This document shows, piece after piece, positions 39,817 to 49,912 of a DNA stretch of 64,000 nt. Both the position numbers and the translations under genes were made by a program. The DNA is from an uncultured Candidatus Saccharibacteria bacterium (GTDB lineage Bacteria; Patescibacteriota; Minisyncoccia; Phycocordibacterales; EsbW-18). The notes under the pieces are model-generated. The model saw only the letters and a program-made list of their open reading frames with translations. It did no database searches and was not told the origin of the DNA. Numbering within the stretch: position 1 is the stretch's first letter; each line of letters begins with the position of its first letter. The DNA lies in NCBI GenBank assembly GCA_964447415.1, contig CAYUSN010000002.1:34512-98511 (forward strand). The letters run 5' to 3'.

Positions 39817-41541
39817 CTAGTCTGCGGCCAAGATATCAAGATATTCGGGCGTATTCTGGTACATCCAGTCAAAAAACTTGCGCATCACCGATGCGGAACC
39901 GATGAGGTTGGTGACGGGCCCCCTCTCCATCACCATCGCAAACGCATAATGCGGATTTTCATACGGCCAAAATCCCATAATCCACGAGTTAACTTTTTCC
40001 TTTGAAACACCAAGTTCCGCCGTACCGGTTTTTCCGGCAATATCAACGTAGTCGACATTAAGCGCTTTTGCCGTTCCCTCTTCAACTGAGCGTCGCATAC
40101 CCTCACGCACAACTTTGAAATCCTCCTCCGAAATAGCAACCGTTCCGACCGGCACAAGCGTTTCATCCGCGTACAGGTGCGGCACAATAGAGAGTCCGCC
40201 GTTTGCAATAAGTGACACTGCACGCGCCATTGAGAGCGGCGTCGCCTGAAAACCGTACTGGCCGATGGAGCTGTTATACGTATCACCGACCCGCCACGGG
40301 TCGTCGGGAAACACCTTCTGTTTCCATGCGATTGACGGGATGACGCCGTCAATCTCACCGGGAACATCAATGCCTGTTTTTTGTCCGATACCGAACATGC
40401 GTACGTATTTTTCAATATTCTGAATTCCGAGACCTTTCTGGTCACCGAATCCGCCGCCGATAGTCATGAAGTACACGTTCGATGACACCGCAATCGCCTG
40501 CCGCATATCAACCCATCCGTGCGCCTTCCAATCCTTAAACACGGTCGGCTTGTCCGGGTTGTACGGATTGGGAACACGGAGCGCGCCGTCGCTATAAAAT
40601 TCTTTTTCGGGCGTCACAATGCCCTCGGTAAGCGCGCCGAGCGCAAGGAACGGTTTAATGATTGAACCCGGTGTGTAGAGACCGCCGACGACGCGGTTAA
40701 GAAACGGAAGGTTCGGATCGTCCATGTATGCCCGTATACGCTCGGTGTCACTGCCGTCAGTCATTATGTTCGGGTTATATCCGGGAATACTCATAGACAC
40801 AAGCACCTCACCCGTACGAACATCCAAAATCACACCCGCTCCGCCGGCAAATCCGACGTCCTGCATGAGCGCATCGGCAAAATCATACAACGCCTTCTGC
40901 AGACGCGCATCGATCGTCAAAGAAAGCGTCTGGCCATCAACGGGAAAACCGACGGATGATTGCGACACGATGTTTCCGAGGGCGTCACGCTCAACAATCA
41001 TGCGCCCCTGCACACCACGCAACATTCCGTCATAGGTAAGTTCGAGCCCCTCAACACCCTCAATGGAGCTTTGAAAATAGTTTCCATTTTGATCTTTTTG
41101 AGGATACCGCACATACCCGAGCACATGGGAAAGCGACGGGTGTTCGTCGTACCGACGCAGCGGAAAGGGGTCTTCGGGCACTTCCTGGCTTGTGGTGGCG
41201 TTTCCCAGCGGTGACTCGTTCCACGCCAACTCTTCCCCGGTACGGTCAAGAATGCGGCCGCGTTGTGAAAATATAATCTGCTCGTCAAGCCGGTTGTTTT
41301 CCGCGTGCTGTGCGTACGCTTCCCCGCGAATCACCTGCAGATAAAAAACCCGACCTGCGGCGACAACAGCAAGCGCGCACAGCGAGACGCAAAACAAAAA
41401 AAGTGCGCGCCGGGAAATCGGTTTTTCTATTTTTCCCTCGAACTGGTCTTTGTCGAACCGAGGAATATTGTGCGCATCGAGAAAAATTTCATCCGGCGCA
41501 ATATCGTGCACGACAAGTTTGTTTTTACGAAAAAGATTCAT
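39817..41541 (-). CDS. mrdA: penicillin-binding protein 2
   Basis: PGSIIK, SSN, KTGTAE; follows mreBCD. Confidence 0.87.
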   Translation of the reverse strand: MNLFRKNKLVVHDIAPDEIFLDAHNIPRFDKDQFEGKIEKPISRRALFLFCVSLCALAVVAAGRVFYLQVIRGEAYAQHAENNRLDEQIIFSQRGRILDRTGEELAWNESPLGNATTSQEVPEDPFPLRRYDEHPSLSHVLGYVRYPQKDQNGNYFQSSIEGVEGLELTYDGMLRGVQGRMIVERDALGNIVSQSSVGFPVDGQTLSLTIDARLQKALYDFADALMQDVGFAGGAGVILDVRTGEVLVSMSIPGYNPNIMTDGSDTERIRAYMDDPNLPFLNRVVGGLYTPGSIIKPFLALGALTEGIVTPEKEFYSDGALRVPNPYNPDKPTVFKDWKAHGWVDMRQAIAVSSNVYFMTIGGGFGDQKGLGIQNIEKYVRMFGIGQKTGIDVPGEIDGVIPSIAWKQKVFPDDPWRVGDTYNSSIGQYGFQATPLSMARAVSLIANGGLSIVPHLYADETLVPVGTVAISEEDFKVVREGMRRSVEEGTAKALNVDYVDIAGKTGTAELGVSKEKVNSWIMGFWPYENPHYAFAMVMERGPVTNLIGSASVMRKFFDWMYQNTPEYLDILAAD

Positions 41542-41785
41542 AACGAATGCGGCTGCGGACAAAGGTCATGACACTAATCAACACAAGAGCGCACAGTGTG
41601 GCAAACCCCGGAATGCCGAGTATGTTGTGTGTGCCATATAGCACATCAATAATAACGCCGGCGACAAGTGCTTCCAGAAAGAACGGAAACCGGAGCGCAC
41701 CGTACAACGACACGGCGGCAGGAACCCACCACGGGAGCACAAACGCACTGACGATGACTATAATCGCTATACTGATGCGCTGCAT
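41525..41785 (-). CDS. short membrane protein in the MreD position
   Basis: Hydrophobic 86-aa ORF with a G...D..YG motif, between mreC and mrdA. Confidence 0.6.
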   Translation of the reverse strand: MQRISIAIIVIVSAFVLPWWVPAAVSLYGALRFPFFLEALVAGVIIDVLYGTHNILGIPGFATLCALVLISVMTFVRSRIRYESFS

Positions 41786-41800
41786 GAGCTCTGTTTGATA

Positions 41801-42580
41801 TTATTGCGAAACAATCGAGACATTCCGTACCTCAAAAAGATTAAACGGGACAACGGCATAGACGAGCGCAAACGCGTCCGCTTCGTTTTCAACGACCGTG
41901 TCCACACGCGCAAACAACATACCGTCGGGCAGAAACACGCTTTCTCCGCGCCTTACGGCTTCTTCTTTCAATACAAGCATCTGCACGGTGCCGCCGCCGA
42001 CGCCGCGTGCCACTACAAGAAAGTCCCGTGTGCCGACACGAACCGACTGCTCCGTGCCCGGGGAGGAAAATAACCGTGCACGAGATGTGTTGCCGTTTAC
42101 CGTATCAATGACACCGAGCGCAATAATGTCGTCGTACGTTACAAGATCCTCCGGTGCGACACCGTCGCTCTCTCCCGCATCAAGTACAAGCGTGTCATAC
42201 GGAGAAAACGGAGGTGATGCAAGCACGCGAGCCGTTGTCTGAGGCGATGATGTTGCGTCCGTGCGCGATGCAAGCATTTCTGCACGCAGCTCATCAAACA
42301 AGCCGGCTTTAAGGTTTGCTTTTCTGAGCTCTTCGGCTAACCGCGCGTTCTCCGCAAGTAATTCCTCTTTTGTCTGCGTTTTTTGAAACACACCGGCGAC
42401 GCTCCCCGTCACATCTTGCCGAACCAGGTGCAGCGGCCGGGCAACCGCCAAAAATGCCTTCGTGATAAACACCGGCTGAATCATCGCAAGCACCACCAAA
42501 GCGCCGGCAGCGACAATACCAAGTATCCCCGGCAACCCGGGACCGCGCCGTCTGTATTTATAGTTGTGGTGGAAGCGCAT
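41801..42580 (-). CDS. mreC: rod shape-determining protein MreC
   Basis: TM, coiled coil (L.AEN.RL), LD.G..DGV beta domain; follows mreB. Confidence 0.85.
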   Translation of the reverse strand: MRFHHNYKYRRRGPGLPGILGIVAAGALVVLAMIQPVFITKAFLAVARPLHLVRQDVTGSVAGVFQKTQTKEELLAENARLAEELRKANLKAGLFDELRAEMLASRTDATSSPQTTARVLASPPFSPYDTLVLDAGESDGVAPEDLVTYDDIIALGVIDTVNGNTSRARLFSSPGTEQSVRVGTRDFLVVARGVGGGTVQMLVLKEEAVRRGESVFLPDGMLFARVDTVVENEADAFALVYAVVPFNLFEVRNVSIVSQ

Positions 42581-43622
42581 GTTCTTCGTCGATAATTACC
42601 TCGGCAAACCGTTCCAAATCCTCCAATACGATACCGGTGCCGCGCGCAACCGACGTCAGCGGATCATCCGCAATGTATACCGGAATTTTCAACCACTCGG
42701 CCAAGAATACGTCGAATCCGCGAATGAGCGCGCCGCCGCCGACGAGGTACACGCCGCGTCGCATAACGTCTGAAAGTATCTCCGGAGGTGTTGTTTCAAG
42801 TACTTCCTTAATTGCTTCAACAAGCGCGTCAATTGACGGCGCAATCGCTTCACGCACGTCCGCATCAGTCACAATGACCTCGCGCGGAAGACCGGTCACC
42901 AGGTCACGTCCGCGGACGGCAACCTCAATAGGTGAGGGTCCCGGAATAATTGAACCCGCCTGAATTTTAAGGTCTTCAGCAGTCCGTTCGCCGATGAGAA
43001 TCTTAAATTCGTCCCGGATGTACGACACAATGTCATTATTGAGGCGATTTCCGGCAATTTTGATGTTTTTACCGTTAACGATTCCGTTAAGCGACATAAC
43101 GGTAATGTCGGTTGTTCCCCCGCCGATATCAACAACCATACTACCTGAGGCGTCATCAATTGGAAGCCGGATGCCGATAGCTGCCGCGGTCGGCTGCTCC
43201 ACTACATGCACCTCGCGCGCGCCTGCATTGAGCGCCGCATCACGTACCGCGCGCCGTTCAACGTTCGTCGTACCGAACGGCACACCGATAACGACGCGTG
43301 GTCCGAACAGTTTTTTCTTTCCTTCCTGTACACGGCGGATAAGATGCGCAAGAAATTCTTCAGCAACTTCAAAATCAGAAATCACACCGTCAACAAGCGG
43401 ACGCACCGCAACGATGTGTTCGGGTGTTCTGCCGAGCATTCGTTTTGCTTCCGCACCGGTGGCAACCACCTGTCCGGTTTTCTGATTGACCGCAACAACA
43501 GTCGGCTCGTTAATGACAATACCCCTGCCACGAACATACACGAGCGTGTTGGCCGTGCCCAAGTCAATGCCGATATCATCGCTCATGAGACCGTGCAGTC
43601 TCTGTTTTAGTTTTTCCCACAT
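42558..43622 (-). CDS. mreB: rod shape-determining protein MreB
   Basis: IGIDLGTANT, VDIGGGTT, GRDLVTGLP. Confidence 0.97.
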   Translation of the reverse strand: MWEKLKQRLHGLMSDDIGIDLGTANTLVYVRGRGIVINEPTVVAVNQKTGQVVATGAEAKRMLGRTPEHIVAVRPLVDGVISDFEVAEEFLAHLIRRVQEGKKKLFGPRVVIGVPFGTTNVERRAVRDAALNAGAREVHVVEQPTAAAIGIRLPIDDASGSMVVDIGGGTTDITVMSLNGIVNGKNIKIAGNRLNNDIVSYIRDEFKILIGERTAEDLKIQAGSIIPGPSPIEVAVRGRDLVTGLPREVIVTDADVREAIAPSIDALVEAIKEVLETTPPEILSDVMRRGVYLVGGGALIRGFDVFLAEWLKIPVYIADDPLTSVARGTGIVLEDLERFAEVIIDEEHALPPQL

Positions 43623-43694
43623 GACTCTATGCACGTAGTATATACGTGTGTGAGCGCGCGACAAAACCGCGCATCGCCGCGACTTACGGAACGG

Positions 43695-44954
43695 TTATGC
43701 GTCAAGAGCGCCCTTCAATTCGGAAACGGGAATAACCTCTGCGGTGTCGCTGTCACGTCGTTTGACCTCGACGGTCATACCTTCCAAATGTTTTTCTGAA
43801 ATAACCACGCGTGTCGGAATACCGATAAGGTCCGAATCGGCGAACTTTTCCCCCGCCGAAACCGGCCGGTCATCGTACAGTACCTCATAACCTTTGCGCT
43901 CAAGTTCTGTAAGTATTTTTTCGGCATAGGCACGCACACCCTCACCGTCTTTGCCTTCAAGCGCAACGAGGTGCACGTCAAACGGCGCAACCTCTTTCGG
44001 CCAAACCATTCCCTTTTCATCAGCGAATACTTCAACAATCGTTCCCATAACGCGCGTCAACCCGATGCCGTACGATCCAAGATACACCGGTTCGTTTTTT
44101 CCTTCTTTTGTCTTGAACATCAACCCGAGTTGTTTGCATTTTTCAGTTCCGAACGTAAAGATGTTTCCCACTTCCGCCGCTTTCTTTGACTCGAAATCTG
44201 ACTCCCTTGCCCCCAGTTTCTCGAGGGTTTCTGTGTTGAAAACTTCTTCGTTGACGGCGTAATTCTCTGTTTTGTGGACGTAAATAATATCTTCTCCGGC
44301 ATCGCACACGACCTGAAACTCATGACTGAATTTGTCCGTAAAAAGGCCTCCGGACGCTGATGTAAGATAGGTAATACCGTCGAACCCACACCGTCTGAAT
44401 ACATTCATGTACGCCTCTTTCGACTTCTCGTAGAACGCCATGTGGTCTTCTTCCGACACCGAATATGAATACATATCCTTCATTACAAACTCGCGTCCGC
44501 GGAGTATCCCGCTTTTCGCCCGTGTCTCATTCCGCAGTTTGGTTTGGAACTGATGCACGTACTGAGGCAAGTCGTTGTAGCTGGCGATGTGCGGAACCAT
44601 CATGTTCGTGATGGGTTCTTCGTGCGACCATCCAAAACCAACCTCGTTCCCTGATTTTAGTTTTGACTTGAACCATATGTCGACTTTTGCGTCGTCCCAG
44701 CGGTCAGTCTTTTCCCACACGGCCTTTTCCTGCATCGTCGACATGATGATTTCCTGTGAGCCGAGCTGCTCCATTTCTTCGGAGATAATCCGACGAATCC
44801 TATTGAGAACACGTAACCCGAGCGGTAGAAGATCATAGACACCCGCCATCTCCTTGTGGATGAACCCGGCGCGCGTCAAAAGAATGGCATTCTTTGCCAC
44901 TTCGTCCGACGGTGCTTCCCTGCGCGTTTTTGTAAACAACTGTGATTGTCGCAT
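43695..44954 (-). CDS. proS: prolyl-tRNA synthetase, short form without editing insertion
   Basis: GILRGREF.MKD.YS, EVGNIF, YGIG, GEKFADSDLIG. Confidence 0.94.
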   Translation of the reverse strand: MRQSQLFTKTRREAPSDEVAKNAILLTRAGFIHKEMAGVYDLLPLGLRVLNRIRRIISEEMEQLGSQEIIMSTMQEKAVWEKTDRWDDAKVDIWFKSKLKSGNEVGFGWSHEEPITNMMVPHIASYNDLPQYVHQFQTKLRNETRAKSGILRGREFVMKDMYSYSVSEEDHMAFYEKSKEAYMNVFRRCGFDGITYLTSASGGLFTDKFSHEFQVVCDAGEDIIYVHKTENYAVNEEVFNTETLEKLGARESDFESKKAAEVGNIFTFGTEKCKQLGLMFKTKEGKNEPVYLGSYGIGLTRVMGTIVEVFADEKGMVWPKEVAPFDVHLVALEGKDGEGVRAYAEKILTELERKGYEVLYDDRPVSAGEKFADSDLIGIPTRVVISEKHLEGMTVEVKRRDSDTAEVIPVSELKGALDA

Positions 44955-45039
44955 ATGAAAACATTGTACGTTCCGCTGTGCGTTTCAACAAGGTGTGGTA
45001 TGGTGGGAACGGAACGCATATTCAACCACGGAGGTGCAC

Positions 45040-45273
45040 ATGTTCGTCAAAGCATTGAAGGCGGTGGGTGACGCGATTGACGCGCTCCTGAACATCCCCG
45101 AGCCGGAACGGACGGAGAAGGTCCGCCGCATGATGGACAACCTGCAGGAAGTGCACGGAGAACTTTCCGCGCATCTTTCCCGCGGCATCCAGGGCGAGGT
45201 CTTTCCGGACAAACAGCTTCCCCTCCAGGAGGAACTGCCCGGGCTCGAGCCCGTCAACTACCAGCTCGCCTAG
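45040..45273 (+). CDS. orphan helical protein (77 aa)
   Basis: GGAGGT SD before ATG, G/C-ending codons, GCCGCGGCGC/GCGTCGCGGC hairpin with T-rich tail downstream. Confidence 0.7.
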   Translation: MFVKALKAVGDAIDALLNIPEPERTEKVRRMMDNLQEVHGELSAHLSRGIQGEVFPDKQLPLQEELPGLEPVNYQLA

Positions 45274-45339
45274 ACGTGCTGGGCGCACGTCCCCGTTTTG
45301 CAGCCGCGGCGCCACCGAGCGCGTCGCGGCTCTTTCTAT

Positions 45340-46446
45340 TTAAAACAACCTTACGATATCGTGCACCGTCACCACGACCATAAGTAAAATAAGCAGTGCA
45401 AAACCGATGAAATTGAGCGTGTTGGCAACCGCCGGCCGTATCGGCGAGCGTTTGATTGCCTCAATACACAAAAAAAGTATGCGCCCGCCGTCGAGTGCCG
45501 GAAACGGAAACAAGTTAATGACCGCAAGATTGAGCGAGAGCATCGCCATAAACGACAACAGCGCTGAAAGTCCCAAACGAGCCGCGTCCCCGGTGAGCCC
45601 CGCAATGCCGACGGGTCCCGCAACCTGCGAGAAGTCCGCGCGCCCCGTAATCGCCTGAGTAAGAAATTCCCACAATCCCACCGCCACTGCCTTAAGTGCG
45701 TAGACAGTTGTTTGTGCGCCGTCGATAATCGCGCGGTATACCGGCAGACGAACTACTGCAACAGTGTCCAGCACCACACCGATGGTTGCGCGCGCCTCCC
45801 CGTCCACAAGTCCTGAAACAGGCGTTACTGAAAGTATTTCCGTCGTTTCGTCCCGTGTTACCGTCAGTGTCAGTTCCTGGTTTTCGTGGGCGGCAATAAA
45901 GTCGCGCACCGACTCTATTGAAACGTCGTCGGGGCGCACCCCTGTTGCGTCGGTGATGTCTTGTATCGCATCCCCCGGAACAAACCCCGCCTCATGTGCG
46001 GGGGTATTTTTCTCCACAAAAACCAAAACAGTTGCCGGCGTTCCGACGACACCTTCCGTGTTTTCATCAACCGACATCGGCAATCCGACGGCAAGTCCGA
46101 TTGAAATAAGTCCCCAGGCAAGAAGAATATTAAAAAACACGCCCGCAAACAGCACCCACGCACGTTGCCACCGCGGCTGTGCATCAAGCGTTTCACTAAA
46201 CTCCTCAGGGGACAGCGCTTCGGTGTCTTCGTCTTCTTTAAAGAGTTTAACGAACCCGCCGAACGGTATCCAGTTTATAGAATAGGTTGTGGCGCTCCCT
46301 TTCGGCTTCCACGCGTAGAGGCGCGGGGGAAATCCGATGCCAAATTCGTTGACACGGACTCCCACCGAACGAGCCGCCAAAAAATGCCCGAGTTCATGCG
46401 CGAATACCAGCACCGCCAGAACGACAATAAAAAGTACGACGGTCAT
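45340..46446 (-). CDS. rseP: RIP metalloprotease RseP (M50, PDZ)
   Basis: HELGH, PFGGFVK, NLFPFPALDGG. Confidence 0.93.
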   Translation of the reverse strand: MTVVLFIVVLAVLVFAHELGHFLAARSVGVRVNEFGIGFPPRLYAWKPKGSATTYSINWIPFGGFVKLFKEDEDTEALSPEEFSETLDAQPRWQRAWVLFAGVFFNILLAWGLISIGLAVGLPMSVDENTEGVVGTPATVLVFVEKNTPAHEAGFVPGDAIQDITDATGVRPDDVSIESVRDFIAAHENQELTLTVTRDETTEILSVTPVSGLVDGEARATIGVVLDTVAVVRLPVYRAIIDGAQTTVYALKAVAVGLWEFLTQAITGRADFSQVAGPVGIAGLTGDAARLGLSALLSFMAMLSLNLAVINLFPFPALDGGRILFLCIEAIKRSPIRPAVANTLNFIGFALLILLMVVVTVHDIVRLF

Positions 46447-46448
46447 GG

Positions 46449-47000
46449 TTATCCGAGAATTTCTTTCTCCTTTTTCTCAGCAAGCACATCAAGCGCGTCG
46501 TTTGCTTCTTTGATGAGCTTTTCCATCTCCTCTTTTGAGCGGAACTTGTCGTCCTCGCTCATGGCGCCGTCTTTTTCCTGTTTCTGGATGTCGCTCCACA
46601 CTTCTTCACGGACGCCGCGGACTGAAATGCGCGCCTCTTCAAGTTTTTTACCCACAACCTTTACGTACTTCTCCCTGCTTTCCGTCGTCATCTCCGGAAA
46701 TGACACACGGATGCCTTTGCCGTCTGAGCCCACCGAGACGCCGAGATTTGCGTCTTGAATCGCTTTTTCAATTGCAGAAGAAACCCCCTGATCCCACGGT
46801 GAAATACGGACGGTTCTCGCGTCCTCAACGCCGATATTGGCAAGCTGGTTAATGGGCATCATGCTCCCGTATGCGGGCACGCGGATACCGTCAAGAAGCG
46901 CCGCGCTCGCGCGTCCCGTGTGAATCGCCGATAACTCTTTGGAAAGCCACTCGGAAATCTCCTTTGTTTTCAGTTTCAGGTCGTTAAAATTGTACGCCAT
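46449..47000 (-). CDS. frr: ribosome recycling factor
   Basis: TGRAS..LLD, I.PWD, E.ARIS.R..R. Confidence 0.95.
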   Translation of the reverse strand: MAYNFNDLKLKTKEISEWLSKELSAIHTGRASAALLDGIRVPAYGSMMPINQLANIGVEDARTVRISPWDQGVSSAIEKAIQDANLGVSVGSDGKGIRVSFPEMTTESREKYVKVVGKKLEEARISVRGVREEVWSDIQKQEKDGAMSEDDKFRSKEEMEKLIKEANDALDVLAEKKEKEILG

Positions 47001-47007
47001 ATGTGAA

Positions 47008-47298
47008 TTATACCACGGCTTTTTCCTTTTTTAGGAGGGCTGTCTTCCGCGCACTTCCATACGCGTACCCTCCGACGGTTCCGTCGCTTTTGATAACGCG
47101 ATGACATGGTACGCGCGGATCACGGTTTTTGTTCATAATGGATCCGACGGCGCGAAACGCCTTCGGACGGCCTGCGCGTCTCGCAACTTCCTTGTAGCTC
47201 AACGTCTTTCCTTTAGGGATTGCCGCAACAACCGCGTACACACGCTGGGCAAACGGTGTGCGCACTCCGTTAAAAAAGTGTTTCTTTTGCACCTTCAT
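47008..47298 (-). CDS. O6-methylguanine-DNA methyltransferase, single domain
   Basis: IP.GK..SY..VA, RAVG, PCHRV active site. Confidence 0.88.
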   Translation of the reverse strand: MKVQKKHFFNGVRTPFAQRVYAVVAAIPKGKTLSYKEVARRAGRPKAFRAVGSIMNKNRDPRVPCHRVIKSDGTVGGYAYGSARKTALLKKEKAVV

Positions 47299-48088
47299 CT
47301 TTCTTGCTCTTACTTTTTGCGTCCGTGATGTGAGTCCTGAACGCTTTTCCGGCTGATTCCCTGTAGGTACAGAAATCACACGGCCCGCCGTTAAACGCCG
47401 TACCAATCGGCGGTATCTGGTCGCTGACAAGTATTTCTTTCATGCGGTATAAAGCAGGTTCTACCCACGAATCATTTCCTTCGTACGGAATCAGTTCAAC
47501 TTCAAATTCAAGTTTTTTATCAAAAGCAGTGACATCGGTCTTTCCGTTTACATAGACAAAATACGCGGTCGAGGACACAGTAAAGTTGTTTCTACGAAAC
47601 AGCCATTGATATATTTCAACCTGCTTCTTGTATGAAGGATAGAGATCATCTTTTGTTTTCGGACCCTCTTTCTTTGATGTCGCTTTATAGTCAACGATTA
47701 TGAGCTCCCCATCCGGCTTTTTCCACACATCATCTATGCCCCCGCGAATAATAAGGTTTGTTTCTTGATGATGTGTCTGTATGCCGCGACGCAGTGCATC
47801 CCGCCACTCTTCAAGTCGCGCATCGTCAAACGGAACGGCATCAAGTCCGTATGCTTCAAGAAGCGGGTGCTTGCTCTGAGCCGCGCGATGAATGTCAAAC
47901 TCCCTTTTCAAAAGCTCGTCTACGGCATTATTGAGCGTAAATGAGGGACCTTGTACGCGCTTCACTCCGAGACGTGCGTCAAGATAAAAACACCGCGGAC
48001 ATTCCGTAAAAAGCTCAATTTTTGAACGAGAAAACGTAAACGGCTCTTGTGATTCCGGATCGAAAAGTTTTTGTCGATACCCTGCCAT
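47270..48088 (-). CDS. PD-(D/E)XK nuclease (RecB/Cas4-like family)
   Basis: CPRCFY, G.IDD, IVDYKAT, Q..IY, C-terminal CxxC. Confidence 0.85.
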   Translation of the reverse strand: MAGYRQKLFDPESQEPFTFSRSKIELFTECPRCFYLDARLGVKRVQGPSFTLNNAVDELLKREFDIHRAAQSKHPLLEAYGLDAVPFDDARLEEWRDALRRGIQTHHQETNLIIRGGIDDVWKKPDGELIIVDYKATSKKEGPKTKDDLYPSYKKQVEIYQWLFRRNNFTVSSTAYFVYVNGKTDVTAFDKKLEFEVELIPYEGNDSWVEPALYRMKEILVSDQIPPIGTAFNGGPCDFCTYRESAGKAFRTHITDAKSKSKKDEGAKETLF

Positions 48089-48163
48089 AAAAAGAAGTGT
48101 ACCATAAAAAAACAGCCCCCCGCCGCGGAAAACCGCGTCGGGGGTACGAACATCTGAGAGAGG

Positions 48164-48517
48164 TCACCGTTGCCAGCGTGGAGTGCGCGGCGTTTGGTCG
48201 CGCAGTCGCACCGTCTGGATGGCAGCACGGCGATGTGCGCGCTCACGGTCGATCGGCATGCATCGGGGCGACAAACGAAATTTGTCGGCCCAGTCCGACG
48301 TCGTGAACGGACCCTTCTCATCGTAGGGCGCCGGGTCGAGGATGAGCTCGCCGCTTGCGACGAGCTGCCCGAGCACCTCGCGTACGAGAAACCGATTCTC
48401 GAACTTGAAATGGTCGGTGATGACACGCCGTGTCAGCACCATCTCGTGGTTCGAGAACATGCTAAGCACGACGTAGCGAAACCGCTTCTCCTTTTCCTTC
48501 TTTGATGTGTTTGCCAC
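48164..48517 (-). CDS. orphan basic protein, possible winged-helix
   Basis: AAGGAGG SD before GTG, TTGATT/TATATT promoter, terminator hairpin at about 48106-48144. Confidence 0.65.
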   Translation of the reverse strand: MANTSKKEKEKRFRYVVLSMFSNHEMVLTRRVITDHFKFENRFLVREVLGQLVASGELILDPAPYDEKGPFTTSDWADKFRLSPRCMPIDRERAHRRAAIQTVRLRDQTPRTPRWQR

Positions 48518-48584
48518 ACAAACCTCCTTCCTCAGTTTTCCTGGGTACAATATAACAGAAACTGCAAAAAAATCAAGTTCTGTG

Positions 48585-49055
48585 TTAGTAGTCCCCGTCT
48601 ATCTTTTCATCCACACCGAGCACGCGGTGCTCTAAAGACCAAAAAACAGTGAAAATCAGAAGAGTGAGAATGGCGGTTGCGGTTGCAAGCGCATACAACT
48701 CGAGCGCTACCGCAACACCGATACCTGCCGACACCCACAGTCCTGCGGCGGTCGTCAGCCCCGTGAGCGTGTCTCCGCGCATGATAATAGCGCCGGCTCC
48801 CAAAAATCCGATACCGGTAACCACACCCGCAACAACACGCATCACATCCGCTCCGGTTACACCGAGGGTATCAGGCAACACCGCCGTTGCCACAAGCACA
48901 AACAAACATGCGCCGAGCGATACGAGTCCGTACGTGCGCAGCCCCGCATTCTTCCCCGCCCGCGAGCGTTCCGCGCCGACTAAGACACCGAGGAGTGTTG
49001 CGATAAGCAACTGCATGATGTACGTCTCGCGCGCCAACGACAGTAGTGTATCCAT
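48585..49055 (-). CDS. MgtC/SapB family membrane protein
   Basis: G.ER....K.AGLRT, GIGFLGAG, GLTTAA.LW. Confidence 0.93.
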   Translation of the reverse strand: MDTLLSLARETYIMQLLIATLLGVLVGAERSRAGKNAGLRTYGLVSLGACLFVLVATAVLPDTLGVTGADVMRVVAGVVTGIGFLGAGAIIMRGDTLTGLTTAAGLWVSAGIGVAVALELYALATATAILTLLIFTVFWSLEHRVLGVDEKIDGDY

Positions 49056-49067
49056 ACAAAAAGTAAA

Positions 49068-49895
49068 CTATACGCACAAATGGTGCGCTTCTTGTAAAAC
49101 TTCATCAACTTTTTTGCCGGTAATGCCGGCATTCTCAAGCACATTCGGATCATTCGTCACATCTTTGCACAGCACAAGCCCGCGCTGATACATCGATTCA
49201 CGTTCTTTTTGCGTCAGTGTCGTCAGACACGACAGCGGGTGCAGTTTTGTTTCTTCAATGAGATCCTGCAAGTTGCCGTGGTGCGGATATCCCCAACCGA
49301 TAAGTGTCATGTTGACGCACCGTCCGTACGCAATCGCGTTTTCGGTAAACTTCGTATTCGTCACCAGCCATGACGAGCAGGTGCCTCCCGGCGGACACAG
49401 ATTGTCATACCGGTTTTCTTTTAAATCCAGCATCCGCGCATGAATGTAAAGCGCCACCTTCACATCCGTTTTGAATCCCTGCGCGTTGTGAAATTTTGCT
49501 TCAACCAAAATAAGTTCTTTGTCGTTTTGCGCAACCACATCCACCTCATGAATAACGCATTTTCCGCGTAGCGTCGTACCGACGTCCACCTTGTATCCCT
49601 TCGCTTTGAGTATCTCGCCGATAAGTTGTTCAAACGGGTATCCGGAAGGCCCGAGTTCCAAAACCGCCCTTCTGAGCGAATAGCGTGCGGCAACCGGCAG
49701 ATGTGCCGATTTGCGCAATAATCGTAGTGCGTGTTTGTAGATATGTGAGGTCGTCATGCCTTCCCGTACCTCTTTTTCTATGTGCGCGACAATGCTTTGC
49801 GCAACATCATCCGACGCGCCCGCACGTTGAAGCGACTGAAACAATTTCCGTGTATCAAATTCCTCAAGTGTTCCGTCAAGTTTGGTGACTAACAT
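49068..49895 (-). CDS. ATP-cone domain fused to a restriction-endonuclease-like domain
   Basis: V.K.DG..E.FD..K ATP cone; FE....E...EVDV......VEAKFH PD-(D/E)XK core. Confidence 0.82.
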   Translation of the reverse strand: MLVTKLDGTLEEFDTRKLFQSLQRAGASDDVAQSIVAHIEKEVREGMTTSHIYKHALRLLRKSAHLPVAARYSLRRAVLELGPSGYPFEQLIGEILKAKGYKVDVGTTLRGKCVIHEVDVVAQNDKELILVEAKFHNAQGFKTDVKVALYIHARMLDLKENRYDNLCPPGGTCSSWLVTNTKFTENAIAYGRCVNMTLIGWGYPHHGNLQDLIEETKLHPLSCLTTLTQKERESMYQRGLVLCKDVTNDPNVLENAGITGKKVDEVLQEAHHLCV

Positions 49896-49912
49896 ACACG
49901 TATCGTATCACA

